Shown: in pieces, positions 40,201-53,300 of the stretch
How positions within the stretch are numbered: the first letter of the stretch is position 1
How the letters are laid out: every line of letters begins with the position of its first letter
Origin: Schizochytrium sp. TIO01
Taxonomy: Eukaryota; Protista; Bigyra: Labyrinthulomycetes
Direction of reading: 5' to 3'
Assembly: GCA_004764695.1 (NCBI GenBank)
Contig: SMSO01000006.1
Coordinates: 325,859-389,858, forward strand
Length of the DNA: 64,000 nucleotides
Made by a program: the position numbers and the translations under genes
Notes under the pieces: model-generated
What the model was told of the DNA's origin: nothing
Database searches by the model: none
The model's input: only the letters and a program-made list of their open reading frames with translations

Positions 40201-41946
40201 GACCTCGAAATATTTGGGAAATCACCTTGTCCGCTTCTTTCGCGAGGTACCGCCCAAGTGTCGCGAGTTGAGCCACCATTTTCATCCTGGCCTTGTAGTT
40301 TCATCAGAAATCGCGAGAGTGAGGGATCTCATATTACAACTCATCTTCTCCGCAGCGTATCGTTCAAGATCCCTTTCTCATCGCACCCCTTATCGAAGCT
40401 GGCTCGAAGCTGGCCGGCGCTACAGGGCGCCAGACGTTGCAGTTATCAGATCGCCTGAAGACCGGCATCTTGGTGGTGGCATCGAGGTGGATGCATTCGG
40501 ATGGCCTCGAGGCGGAAGCTGAAAATTGATATGTAATGTAATACACCACTCTAATCAAAGATTAGAACTTGATTAGGAAGTAGCTGTACCTCCTTTCTAC
40601 CTACTCCAAAATATACTTGTGTTTTCAATTTTTATTTATAAATTATTGTAACAATTGATTTGATTGCCTATTCTCAGGGTGATTGCGGATCTATGCTGCG
40701 ATGCGAAAGCGCTCCCTGTCAGATACCTCTGGGGTGGTTGATGTGAAGTACTTTCCCGATGCAGAAATTAGCCGAGTAGAATACGGAGTGGTTCTACCTG
40801 CCTAGACCTAGCGCTTTGTATTACTTTTTTTTCATTTAAGGACCAACTGGCCGATGCACAGACTATCCTTAGTTGTGCAATTCTGCGCTGAGCTGCAACT
40901 TGCAGGCAGGTGAGGTACTTACCTGCCCAAAGCGGCTGTCTGGGACGTCTGCATCCGGCACAGCTCGAATACACCCGCTCGAGTGAGCCAGCTGTGTTAC
41001 ATTTTCACGCTGACGGTACCTAGCACTCCCGAGTCGGGCTGCTCAAGTTCAGAACGCAGCCCATTTTCAACGCAATGCGATTGAATCCACAAAAGAATTA
41101 GCAGCTACTAGAATATGACGAGGTTGTCCATTATTCGTCAGCACGTGCACTGGTTACAACTTGGCAACAAACTGTTTCAACCGAGACCTCAAGTTGCCCA
41201 CGAATATCGCGATGTTTTAAACCATGCCCAAAGAATTGTCATTCAATTGCTGATCCTGTATGCTACTCACTACTAAGTACTGACTCAGAAGATGCTAACT
41301 TCAACTCAATGTTATCCGAGTAGCTCACATCCTTTAACCCCGACTATCTAAACACTCTACTACTATAATAAATGTTAGATACCAACTTAAACGAACCATG
41401 AGTCGTGAATCGCAGGTGTGTACTATGGTAGAGATGAGAAGAGACGATGTGGAAAGAAAGAATTTGGGAACGGTGGATGACGGCATAGTATTGAGAAGGG
41501 GTGTGTTCTCACTGCAAAGTTTATGGTTGCTATCTGATAATCTTGGGAACAGGTTCCTGGTTTTGATGCTGCAAGGCGCAGCACGAAGAGACCAAGGCAG
41601 AGGCAGAGATTGCAGTACTTCTCGCTAAGGTGAAATCTTGGTTCAACAACGCTGAACTACACGACTTGGAGAAGGTTTTCAAGATTTAGAGGAGAGAAAG
41701 AAGAAACAAGAAGCTCTTTTGCGTTTCTTTTCGGGGCCGAGGCGAGCGCTTTCTTATTATTTTACGCACGCGCTGTCTGCGCTAGCCGTGAAAAAAGTGG
41801 CGTCTAGATAAAACTTCAGACGTTGACCAGGCAACGCGTGCGTTTCATTTATTATAATTTGCACTATATGCAATCTCTGTGCTAGGAATATACCGGCTCG
41901 CCAAAAGGATAGTTTTAGCCTCAGTAAGGGTGAACTTTGCACCAGG

Positions 41947-44289
41947 ATGCAGCGTCGTAAAACACACGAACTCCAAGCACTTGAAAAATGGCTTGAGGAG
42001 ATGTTAACAGAGGATGTACTTGCACCTCAAGCTCGCTCAGAAGCTGCTCGAAAACGAAGGGAAGATCTTGAACAAAGAGCAAAACTTGCGCAAACATGTC
42101 TTGGGCCGCTGCTTGATCAGGCGTCTGTAGCTTCCCCAAAACTTGGTTGCCTTCTCGAAAAGGTCTTTGCAAACCAATCGAAGGTGTTGCACGATAGTCT
42201 TCAGGCGTATAGAAACCAACTACACTGTACTGAGGATTTGGCCGAACGAATGCAAAAGCTTATTACATTTGCAGAGCGACAGTTGAGGCGAGGTCAATTC
42301 AGAGCAGAACTCGCCTCTGAGCGGGCAGCCAATGCTCAAGAAGAGTGTGATGACACTACTGTATCTATGCGTATTCTACGCGAAGAACATGCTCAACTAC
42401 GAAAACAAGCCAATGAATATGCTTCTGTTGTACAAAAAGTTATTGATACAGGTGCACAGGAATTGGAATGGAGCATTGCAGCCTATTCAGATAACGCTCT
42501 TGACGACGCCTTAGGCAACCTCGAACAAGAGCAAAGACGCAAACTCAAAAGTCTTCGAGATTTAGATCGTTTAGTCGCTAAACTAGAGCTCGATGAACTT
42601 ACTGCCGTTGACCGGGGCTATCGCAGGGCTGTTTCAACAAAGGACGCAGAAACAATGATAGAAGGTAACCACACCTATTGCATTTTAGAGGAACTATCGC
42701 TTGCGCGTGGTCGTGTGTCCCAAGCATCCAAGGACTTAGACCCACCCTTGATTATACCTCGCCGCTGGCGAGCAGGATGGAACATCCCATTTCCAATCAG
42801 AGAAAACATGACCACGTTCCAAGTGAACAAGCGGATCCTTCCTCTGCCAGTTGTTCGCAAGCATATTTTCACGATTTATGCTAGCCGTAATATCACGAAC
42901 AATACCAACGGAAACAAGCCAAATAAGAGCTCTAGTCGGACTGCTGCGCCATCAGGAACACTTATTCCGCCGACAATTTATGCTCTCCTGCATCAATATT
43001 TTTCAAATTTATATGGACTCGAAAAGCTTACAGACTGGCATCTATTCGAGCTGTTAAATAGCATGGAAAACCACCGTGCAGATCCTCGTGTCGCAGTTTT
43101 TGGTTACTTAATGACTGCCATTCGCCCTAGAGACTTTCGAAGAATGCCATGTCGTATTCAGCAGGCAAGCATGAGTGGTAAAGTGCCTATGCTCTCTCCT
43201 GCATCGACTAAAAAATTGAAACGCCATCGTTCACATAAAAATATGAGCAAAAAGGAGCTTGCGGAGCAATCATTTGATCGTGACGAGCTTCCTGCTGTAA
43301 GATTTCTCTTCGCACTCCTTGATCGCATTGCAGAGTCTGGTGAGGCAGGCGTTGGGGCTTTACAAGCTCCTGACGATAGCCGTGCAGCAATTCCGCGTTC
43401 TCTTATATTGCAGATCGTACAAAATCACACTCTCGATTGGCACCTTGTGAACTCCAGCGAGATTGTTCGTATTGTAGGTTCACTTGAGCTCATTCACCCA
43501 CCTTCATCTACACCCGGTAAATCAGGAAAAAGCAAAGTCTCCGCTGGAACAGTTGACCCTTTAGCTGCAACGCCTTCAAAACCTTCCAAATCTGTTTCAG
43601 TCACCCCGCCAACAATTTCTTCGAACAAAGACCAAAATGGGAATACCACTGCCGCGGAACCCGATGTACTATCACCACCGAGCGCTGGAACAACCCGGAA
43701 CGGCATCAATAATGAGCGAGAACCTTCGCACATAGATCTTGATGAGGCCATCATGGTTACAATGCAAGGGTGGGCTGCCCACGAAGCAGCATGGCGAGAT
43801 CGACTTCTCGAAGTCTATTTGACCTACTGCAAAGTAATGCGATTTAATTTTGGACAAGTTCAGACCTGCACTACGATCACAAAAAACGGGCTTGACGAAA
43901 AGAGGGATGTTCTTTTGAGCAATGATGCTGAAGACAATGGATACTTCTCCGTCATGGATCTCGAAGGTTTTCGTGGGTCACTTCGAAGCTTGGGTGTCAC
44001 GGCAAATAAACGTCAGGTTTCAAACTTGTTCTCCTCAGCGCGCACCGCTTTAGCGACTCGCCGCAAGGTGCGTTCTGACGCCGTGTGGACCCGAGCTACA
44101 AGCGTACGCCCAGAAGACAAAGGCCGGACGTACTTTATCAATCAAATCACTAACGAACGTGTGTGGGATGATCAGCCGCTATTTGATACTGAGCTTGATG
44201 AGGTTATGTCGGCCAATTCGGACATAGAGATTGACTCTGACAGCTTCATCAGAACTGCCATACAAAATAAATGGGACAAGATAGATTAA
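41947..44289 (+). CDS. Uncharacterised protein: N-terminal coiled coil, helical core, C-terminal degenerate EF-hand-like region with a WW domain; 5' end uncertain
   Basis: 780-aa ORF. WW signature W-TRATSVRPEDKGRTYFINQITNERV-W-DDQP (44086-44178). The frame stays open upstream of the ATG past a possible acceptor at 41885, so more exons may exist. Confidence 0.7.
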   Translation: MQRRKTHELQALEKWLEEMLTEDVLAPQARSEAARKRREDLEQRAKLAQTCLGPLLDQASVASPKLGCLLEKVFANQSKVLHDSLQAYRNQLHCTEDLAERMQKLITFAERQLRRGQFRAELASERAANAQEECDDTTVSMRILREEHAQLRKQANEYASVVQKVIDTGAQELEWSIAAYSDNALDDALGNLEQEQRRKLKSLRDLDRLVAKLELDELTAVDRGYRRAVSTKDAETMIEGNHTYCILEELSLARGRVSQASKDLDPPLIIPRRWRAGWNIPFPIRENMTTFQVNKRILPLPVVRKHIFTIYASRNITNNTNGNKPNKSSSRTAAPSGTLIPPTIYALLHQYFSNLYGLEKLTDWHLFELLNSMENHRADPRVAVFGYLMTAIRPRDFRRMPCRIQQASMSGKVPMLSPASTKKLKRHRSHKNMSKKELAEQSFDRDELPAVRFLFALLDRIAESGEAGVGALQAPDDSRAAIPRSLILQIVQNHTLDWHLVNSSEIVRIVGSLELIHPPSSTPGKSGKSKVSAGTVDPLAATPSKPSKSVSVTPPTISSNKDQNGNTTAAEPDVLSPPSAGTTRNGINNEREPSHIDLDEAIMVTMQGWAAHEAAWRDRLLEVYLTYCKVMRFNFGQVQTCTTITKNGLDEKRDVLLSNDAEDNGYFSVMDLEGFRGSLRSLGVTANKRQVSNLFSSARTALATRRKVRSDAVWTRATSVRPEDKGRTYFINQITNERVWDDQPLFDTELDEVMSANSDIEIDSDSFIRTAIQNKWDKID

Positions 44290-45245
44290 CGAATCTTTCA
44301 TGAAACAGGGAGTGCTTCCTACATTTGCTGACATCTGCCTTTTTGGTTGCTTACTTGTAAATTTATATTCAGAAACAAGACATAATATATATATACATAT
44401 ATACATATAGGCTAAGAACGTAAATACTTTTGACTGAGTTATAATGTGATTTTGTTCATAAATATTACTGATAGACAATAGCAGGATACTGAATCTTGAA
44501 CGGGTTCGCACAACAAATAAGAAATAATGAATGGCACTTTTTGACATCATACATTCTGAACGCTCTGGCAACTGTTATGTTTTTGCCTCTGTTATATACT
44601 TTCATTTGTAACGTAATGATCTGTTGTGATTTCTCTCCTAAATAATTGAGCAGGTAGTCGAATTCAAAGTGAGGAGCTGCCGGGACCGGCATGATGATTA
44701 GTTTAACTCAACTGTCTACAACATATAAGTAGGCTATACTGATACAATGAATTGAAGCCACTTTATTTAGTGAAAACAATTATTCTATCTGCTGTAAGGA
44801 GCATTTATCTCATTTCATAAAAGAAAGCAAAGATTAAAGTAGGTAAACTTGAGCACGCTTTTGGGTTCTCCAAAAAGCGGTCCCTTGGCCTCTTGATGAT
44901 AATCTGCTGAAAGTATTCCAGCCAGGCGCTTTTAAGTTGGAGAGTTTAACAATAGCTAACAAATGCGTGCATATGCTTCTACGTTGGTCGTCTTCTGTTG
45001 CTAACAAAATGAAGTAGTAGGAAACCTTGTACAGCCAACATATCCCCATGGAGGAAAAGACAGCCAACATACTGTCCGTTTCACAGATACAATTGATTGT
45101 CACGCTCATCTGGAGATATATATTGCTCTAATAGTCGATATGTTACTAGTAAAAAGAGAAAGAGAAGGGGCCCAGCCTCAAATTATTCTCGCAAAATTAC
45201 AGAAAAATGGTCAATTACACAGTAATAAAAGGTTTCTTTCGTTGA

Positions 45246-48093
45246 TCAAATGTGGCGAGCGATGATTGCCTTTGCCGATTCCAGGGTCACCTGGTAGTCC
45301 TGTGCATTTCCATCAAAAGCATCAAGAAGGAGATCCTCGCTCTTACCCTCTTCGTCAGCCTCGAGCTCTGCCGGCAAGGCAAAGCCCCATAGGTCTTCTT
45401 GGTCTTCAACATCAGGTTCACTCGGGGTTGCAGACCAAGTCAAGCAATCTTGAAGAAAAGGTTTAAGAGATGGATCCTCCCACATGTTCGGTGCGTGTTT
45501 AGCGACAAGGCATAGAAAGGCACCGAAAACGATGCCGATCGGGGAGTCCCCGCGGCCTCCAGAGGAGATAACGAAGCTTATGAGGTCCGCCCAATTGATC
45601 TCTTGAAGGTGAGCAAGCCAAGAAATATCGTTCACAGCAAGGCTAGCAAGAGCAACCTCTAAGAGTACATCTGCTGTACACGGGAAATCGCACGATATCC
45701 TTCCCAAGCAATCCGAGCAAATTATGGATGGAAGACATGCGTGCAGCGCGAAGACAGTTAACCAGAGCTGCCGAGTACGCAGATGGATCGTTTGGAAGCT
45801 GGTCACGGAGCCATACCAAACGGTTTGCTGCGTCAACAGGCTGGACACGAGATACCACACGCAGGCAGTCAGCCATACATAACAGGCGGTCTTCCTGCGC
45901 ATCTGGGTCAACGTGAGGCATAGAGGCGTGCATACCATCAAAGAGCGCACGAGCTTGTGCGTGCAGACGACCGTCAATATCAGCGCGACAGATTTGACCC
46001 GCGAGAGAAGGACTAGCCTCAGACACTTGTTGAAGAAGGTCAGTGACACGACGTGAAACATGAAGAAGAATACGCCCGCAGGCTTCGCTCAGCATAGGAT
46101 CATTGCGAATGCCTAAAGACCAGAGGCGGATTATGTAACGCACAAGGTCCTGACATGGCGCACTCGCTGGAACACCGCCGGCAGTGTCAAGTGCAACCTC
46201 AATGGCCTGAATTGGAATGTGTGCCGTTCCAGGAGAGCTGGACGAGAGGATGCCAACGAGACCAACAAAGGCCTGCATACCTCCACGGCCATCCATGAGA
46301 TCTGGTTCGCGACGCAAAATCTGGCTGAACGCTTGAGCAGCATGAAGTCCGACGCAAGGGAGAAGTCCGCCACTTGCGACTGCAGCTTCTGCCATGCTCC
46401 GAAGTACAAGAGCACGTTCTGAGTGTGTAGATGATGCTTCAGGTCTCCGCACGCGAAGCCAGATGCACCACAGGAGACGCGCATGCAGGAAAGGGTCCAG
46501 ACGCATCTGCCCCGCCAATGCTTCACACCATATGTCAAGCGATCGCATGAGTTCTGATGCACATATGTTATGCACACCTCCATACGAGTCTTCGAGCGTG
46601 GGCAGCAGACAACCGGTGCTCCACAAGAGGGCCTCGATATCCCCCTCACTTGCATGCTCCATCCGAATCGACGTGAGTTTGCTCGCGACTTGTTTCGGTG
46701 CTAGTTCAAAAAGCGATTCTAGCAGTCCCACCGCCGCATGTCTCGGTTCATTCACCGCTGTTTCATCTTCATGGACTGCCACAAACTCATTGGGGTCTTC
46801 ATTGAACAGCTCCCTCAAGTTCTTCCTCAACCTGCTCGCTTGCAGTCCTAGTTCCACTAACGGTCCCACATCAACATCAGCCCTTCCTTCATCCAATAAT
46901 TCTTCAACCACATCCCTTAAAATCTCACATGAGACAGCCGCTGATGCAACAGCGCCTCTTGGCTCTCCATCATCTGAGTCATAATCCACGCTGTCTTCCT
47001 CTTCTTGTCCTTGCATCCCGCTAATAACAGCCCCCAAAGTGGCAGTCGCCAGCGCGCTTGCTTCCTCCCTTAGTCCGCTATTCTGTCTTACAGTGCGTCT
47101 CTGTTTCCAGACCATATGAACTAAGCGCAGAGCATTACACCTTGCGAAGAGTGCGACCTCGCGGTGAGCTGCACACCGAACAATCGCGGAAAGCCACCAG
47201 GCGGGAACTTCTGTGAAGGAATGCATGAGAGCGGTGTTAGCGAGGAGGGTCATAGCTCTTGCGACGACTGAGATGGTCCAAGAGGCCTCTGCAGCGCGAA
47301 GGCGGTCTTCGCAGCCAATTTGTGCGAGTGCAGTCTTGAAGAGCGGTGAGAGTCTCTGTGGGAGGGCTACGGCCTTGGAGTCCGCAGCCTTGGATTGGAG
47401 CGCGAGCAGCTTAGCGCACTTGAGTGTCGCCTTGCGAGTGTCTGGAGACGCCCCAGAAGATGAACCAAGAGCCACGAGGGCGTCAACGCGGGCGCACACG
47501 TCAGACTCTGGACCGCAAAGAATGAGTTGTGTGGCCAGAGCAGACACAGCGGCGCGAAGACGAGAGTCCGGAGTGGCCAGAACCTCGTTTTGTAGCAGAA
47601 CGGCCAACACATCAGCAGAAGAACCGGCATCCCGAACCGCTCTACGCAAGGTAAGAGCAGCAAGAAGTGCTTCAGGGCCAGCATGCGGAGTGCGGGAGCG
47701 GTCTACCACAAAGCAAACCAGTGCGGCAACAAGACCTGATCCTGATATACTCGCCTTGCTGGAGTTCATGCCCTTGCATAGGCTCGAATTTGAATTTGAA
47801 TTCATCCCCATTCCCATGCCCGAGGCAGAGCAACTCGAGCCCACGCCACTCGATGAGAGACCTGAAGCAGAGCCACTTCCGCTGTGTGAGTGAATCCCGT
47901 GGTGGTGGTGGTGGTGAAGCTGGTGGTGAGAATGCTGAAGATGCTGCCCGTGCTGGAGATGCGGCTCGAGGCCGTGGGCGAGCTCCGCCTCGCCGGCACG
48001 GCGCACGCTCTCATCGGGGGAAAGGGAGGCGCGAAGCACGCGAAGCAGGCGGTCTGCGTCCCACGCCTGGGCCGCCAGCTGCTGCTGCTGCAT
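45246..48093 (-). CDS. Divergent importin-beta family HEAT protein (importin-9-like), apparently split over two frames near 45650-45720
   Basis: IBN_N-like LLRVLRASLSPDESVRRAGEAEL; FNEDPNEFVAVHEDE..PRHAA; PFLHARLLW; NDPML. The first frame stops at 45643. A second frame (…ADVLLEVALASLA…acidic tail) runs to 45246. Confidence 0.7.
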
Positions 48094-50377
48094 GCTCGAT
48101 TACTTGCTCGCGCAGGTTGCGGAATTGATCGACCGATTTTCTTTCCTTCTTCTTTCTTATCTCACCTTTCATTGATTTTTTATTATGGTTGGTACCGAGT
48201 AACTCTTAAGAGTAAATGATAGTAGAGTCTAAGTAGCAAATTTAGAACGCCGGTTCGCAGGATTTAGGACACGAGGCACATTTAGGACGAAGATGTCTAC
48301 TAGTACTGTTGTTAGCACTAGTAGCAAAAGCTACGTCGTAGAAACCAAGATGGATATACATACTTCTTGTTTATTAGTGATTTTGGGAGAAGTTAGAGAC
48401 GTTTGTCTTCGCATGTGAGAATGCTGGGCGAAGAATGCTTTTAACTTACGACGATGGTGCACTGGAAGGAGGACTTGGATATGACTGCAAGATCTCTGAA
48501 AACGTACTTTTAGTTATCTGCTTTGGGTTGTGATTTTTCTTTCTTGTTTTGGTCTGGAAACCTTGGGAAATGGAGTTCATCGATGCTGGTGATGCGTAAG
48601 ATCTCGCGCTTTGAGAAATTCTGTCTGTCAAGAGGAACGAAGGCGCTGGTGGATTTGGATGTGATTATTGTGAGGGTACTTAAGCTCTGACTATGATACC
48701 GAAATTAAAATTACTCATAGTAGTTAGAAACCTGGACGGCAGATTCGAATACCTCACCCCACACCTAGTCGAAGATATTTGATTCAGGCCAAAGTAATAA
48801 TGCTCATGATAAAGCCAGACAACTCTATGTGAAAAAGAAGAGCCTTTCATTGTATTTGATATGACAATAGTGAAAGTTAAAGAAGAGATCATTGTCGAAA
48901 TGATGAAATGAGGAGATTATTCAGAAAACACGAGTTGATCTATTTGGTTCAGATGAAATATTGCCAACCTCTACGTTCATATGTTCACAAGCACTGTGGC
49001 TCGCTCCCTCCTCAATCTTGCTCCATATTCGGGAATATAACATGTTGTCATTGACCCCATTTCCAATCTAGGAGAACTGAGTTGAAGAACTTCAAATCAC
49101 TATACAGAAGTAGGTACTATTTCATAGGAGCACTAACAAGTAGCAATGCCAGTCAAGACGCCGATCTCTTCTCTATGGTGGGTTTCACTACCTGACCCAA
49201 AAACCTAAATCACTATATCAGTTGTTTTATTCACTGAGGTGCCGACACAGGTATTTTCCAAGTTCTATATTTTTCTCTTGCTGCTTATAGACTAGGTAGT
49301 ACTATGCTACTCTTATTCGATTCGTAAAGAAGGTAGGTGTCTACTGCTAACACTCGAAGAAGTGACGAAACTTGGGAGACCGAGCATCATGAAACGGCAG
49401 GTGCTCCAAGCTAAGCTTTCTCCTTGCTCTACTTCATTGTTGTTCATGGGTCCACTATCCTCACTGACAAATTGCTACAAAGTAAAGTTGGTTCATTCAT
49501 GCTCCCTTGCCTCTTTCCTTGAGAACTTTCCATCTTTTATTGTTTTATTGACGTATTGACGTAGCGCGGCTAGCGGCCTTACAGAAAAACGAATAGCACT
49601 ACAGCAAATCACCAATAGTTTGTTGTCACAAAAGCCGATTACTCAAGAAAACTAGTGAAGAGTTCTATGACATATCTTTGGGGATTGGTCAAAGCGAGCA
49701 TACTTACGGACTATGCAGCAAACCACAAAGCAAAGTACTACCTTCATCCAATTCTGCATCAAAACACAGCTTAATACCTCTAGAGTTACTTCAACTAGGC
49801 TACAAATGATGTCATGACTCCTACGTGTCTTCTATCCCTTTTCTTTAGTAGTGCTCTCTAGGATCTCCTATTTATTCTTTCCTGCAAATCAATCAATCCA
49901 TCGATACGCGAGCAGGATAGAAGTAGAAAAGTGAAGGCAAAGCTCCATCGGCACCGACGCCGCTCGGTTGGGGGCGCTCGCAGCTGGCTAGCTGGCTGAG
50001 CTGGCTCGAGCTGCGAAGGGAGCTGTTCTGCGCGCACCCTGCTTCGCTCCCTCTCGCTTCTTTGCCGCAATCAGTCGGCCGCTCAGTGAGCGAGCAAGTG
50101 CGCGATTACGAGCAAGTGCGATCGCAGAAGATTCCACAAAAGCCCAGGCAGGCCAGGCGTGGAAAAAATCACAAGAACGTGGGACCAGCAGGCCTGCCTG
50201 ATAAATCCAAAACTACAGGTATCCTAGAGCCTGCCTCCCAAATCCATCGGATCTCGAGGTCTTCAATTCTTCAAATCAACCATATCTGCAAATTTCGAGG
50301 TGTTCTATTTCCACAATCACTCCTGAGGACCTTCTTATATTTCTAGACTCTTGCAAGACGAATTCATACACATAAAC

Positions 50378-53300
50378 ATGGCCGCAGCTGACCTGAGCGA
50401 GACCCTCGCCGCCTTGGGTGATGGCTCCGACGAGAGTGCCCAGCTCGAGGCCGCTTGCTTGCTCCGTGAGTTGGTTGAGGCAGAGCACCGTGTGCTTTCA
50501 AATGAGCAGTTTGTCAAATTTATGAACGAAGTCTACGAGGGAATTTTCTCTCTTGTGTCCTCTGCCTCTGACTCTCGTCGCGTCCGTGGTGGTGTGCTGG
50601 CTATACGCGAGCTTATCGAGATCTCTTATGAGGAGAACGAGGTCAAGGTCATCCGCTTCGCCAACTACATCCGTATTGTTTTTCAACAACCCCCAGAACG
50701 TGTCGACGTTCAAACCCTTGTGCTCGCTGCCCTCGCGCTTGGCGCCCTTGCCCGTGCTGGGGGCCCCCTTACCGTTGACTTTGTCGAGTTCGAGGCCAAG
50801 CGCGCCTTTGAGTGGCTTCTTGCCGCCTCTGAACTTGACGACGCTGCGGCTGTTGCTGTAGCCGCAGCCTCAAAGTCCGATGCCACCGCGCGCCTCGCTC
50901 TCCTTGGACCACTCCCAACACCGCGGCGGAATCAATTTCGGCGCACCACCAGCAAACGCACTGGGAGCCCAGCGTTGTTGAGGCGGCGGAAGCTGGCCGC
51001 AGTATTAGTGTTGCGGGAGTTGGCATTGAACAGCCCAGGCGTATTCATGAGTCATGTGTCGGCGGTTCTGGAACATATTCGGACGTGCTTGCACGATGAC
51101 AGCGAGCTGACACGGGGCGCAGCGATGTTAACGCTGAGGTCGACGCTGGAGCTGATCCTCCAGCGGGAATCAAGGCTGTGCGTGCAGTGGTACTACAGGG
51201 TGTTTGAGATTGCGAGGCTTGGTTTCTCACAGGGGTCACCAGCAACTATTCACGGCTCGTTGTTGACGCTCGGAGAGCTACTTAATCACTCCGGACACTT
51301 TATGCTGCCTCGGTTTGCTGAGGCATGTGAAACAATTCTGGAGTACAGGAATCATAAGCGCGATGCGCTTATTAGACGAACCGTCATTCGCTTACTACCA
51401 GAGCTTGCAAATTACTGTCCTGATGAGTTCGTGCGTAGCTATTTGGATACCTGTATTCAGCACCTTTTCTCAGCGGTGGAAAAGAAGACAGAGCGTGATG
51501 CAGCCTTCCTCGCGCTAGGAAAGCTCGCAAATGCTGTTACCTTTCACATTTTGCCTCATCTGCCAGAAATCATGCTTCGCGTACGCGAGGGGCTTGCACC
51601 TGATGCCTTTGGCGCACCAAAATCTGCCAGGGATAGTTCGCGGCAAGTAAGCGCCATTAACACAGCCTCAGCAAAATCCGAGGCCGCCGCAAGGGCTGCG
51701 CTAGGCCTCGACCAAGCAACGTCACTTGAGACCCCGTCACATTACGAAGCCGCCCTCGCTTGCATCTCGATGCTTGCGCAAGCCGTCGGTCCTGCTCTTC
51801 TTGAACACAACATGACTAATGGTCTTCTAGGCGAGATGTTTCGAAACGGACTCAGTCTTGCACTCATCAACGCTGTAGCCGACCTCCAGAGGCGCATTCC
51901 TTCACTCCGTGGTCTAATTATGTCGCACCTTCTACACTCGCTATCATACACTCTCGCTGGAAGGCCCTTCCGTGCCCCGCCTGGTGGAGGTGTTCTTAAC
52001 TGCGTGTCCTTTACCCACCTCGACATGCTTGAAGCCCTTGAGGTCAGAATCCCTGGTGCACGCCCACTTCTAGCTCGCGAAGGACCTGTTGCTCAGGCGG
52101 TCGCCCTTTCGCCCTCCACACTTGGGGAAGACGATGAACTAGAGCGTCTCAACTGGCCGGAGGAGCTCACTCCTGCAGAGGCTTCCATGCACTCGGCGTC
52201 CTTCTTCCTGTATTTTGCTGGTGGCGTGCAACGCCGCGAGGCAGGATCTAATGCGCCTCCATCGCTTGCAGCAAATGTTTCTAAACGAAAGAAGAACTAT
52301 ACTTCTCTCTTTGAAAACAATTTTGCAGAATCTACTACTGCATTTATCGGTGGATCTGTACGTTCGCTGCGCCAGCGTGAGCTTATCCTTCTGGCACTTC
52401 AGACACTGCGCCAGTTTGACTTTAACAAGATCAATCTGCTCCCCTTCCTACACGACAGTGTCATACCCTACATGGACGATTCTGATCCGCTCATCCGCAA
52501 GGAGGTTGCCCTCACTTGCGGTGCATTGCTAATCCCAACCTACCCAGGCTTTGAGGCAACCTCGCGCCTGGCAAACTGGGGCGTGAGCGCGAAACTTACC
52601 TCCGAAGGTGTTCGACGCCTCCTTATGCTTGGTGTCTCTGACCCAGAACCTGCTATCCGTGCTGCTGTCCTCACTTGTCTCAAGGAAAATGATCGCTTTG
52701 ACAATTTTCTCATGCACGAAGATACCCTGCAAGCTTTGTTTGTGGCTCTCCACGACGAAGACTTTTATGTTCGTAGGATAGGTATGGATGTTGCTTCTCG
52801 CCTTTCGCCGCGTAATCCAGCTCATATCTTTCCTGCTGTCAGAAAGTGTATTCTGGCTTCCATGGCACAACTTCGTTTCTCTCCAACACAAACTCAGCGG
52901 GAGGAAGGCGCAGTGATTCTGCTCGGCGACGTTGTCGCCGGCTTCAACCGATCTCGACTCATGAAAGGAGGAATTAGCCACGCAACGCCTTTGATTTCTC
53001 CCATCATTGTTCCGCTCATCAAAATTCTCCTCGGAAAACTCCGTGAAGCCCGCAGTACAATGTCTACTGCAATTTTGCGCACGCTAGGTGAGGTTGCAAG
53101 CATGCATGGCGTCGACATGCAAGATTATATGGCAGATCTGTTACCTCTTCTCATCGACCTCTTGCAGGATTTGGGTTCCCCTGAAAAACGAAAGTGGGCA
53201 TTGTGGACTCTCGGGCAGCTTGTACGTAGTACTGGACATGTTATCACTCCTCTACTCGATTACCCTGAGCTTTTGGACACTCTCCTTGGTATTATCAAGG

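Noticed and set aside
40126-40522. Two overlapping ~100-aa ORFs in the long intergenic region
   Set aside because: No recognisable domain, and I could not build a consistent splice model linking them to the 41947 gene.
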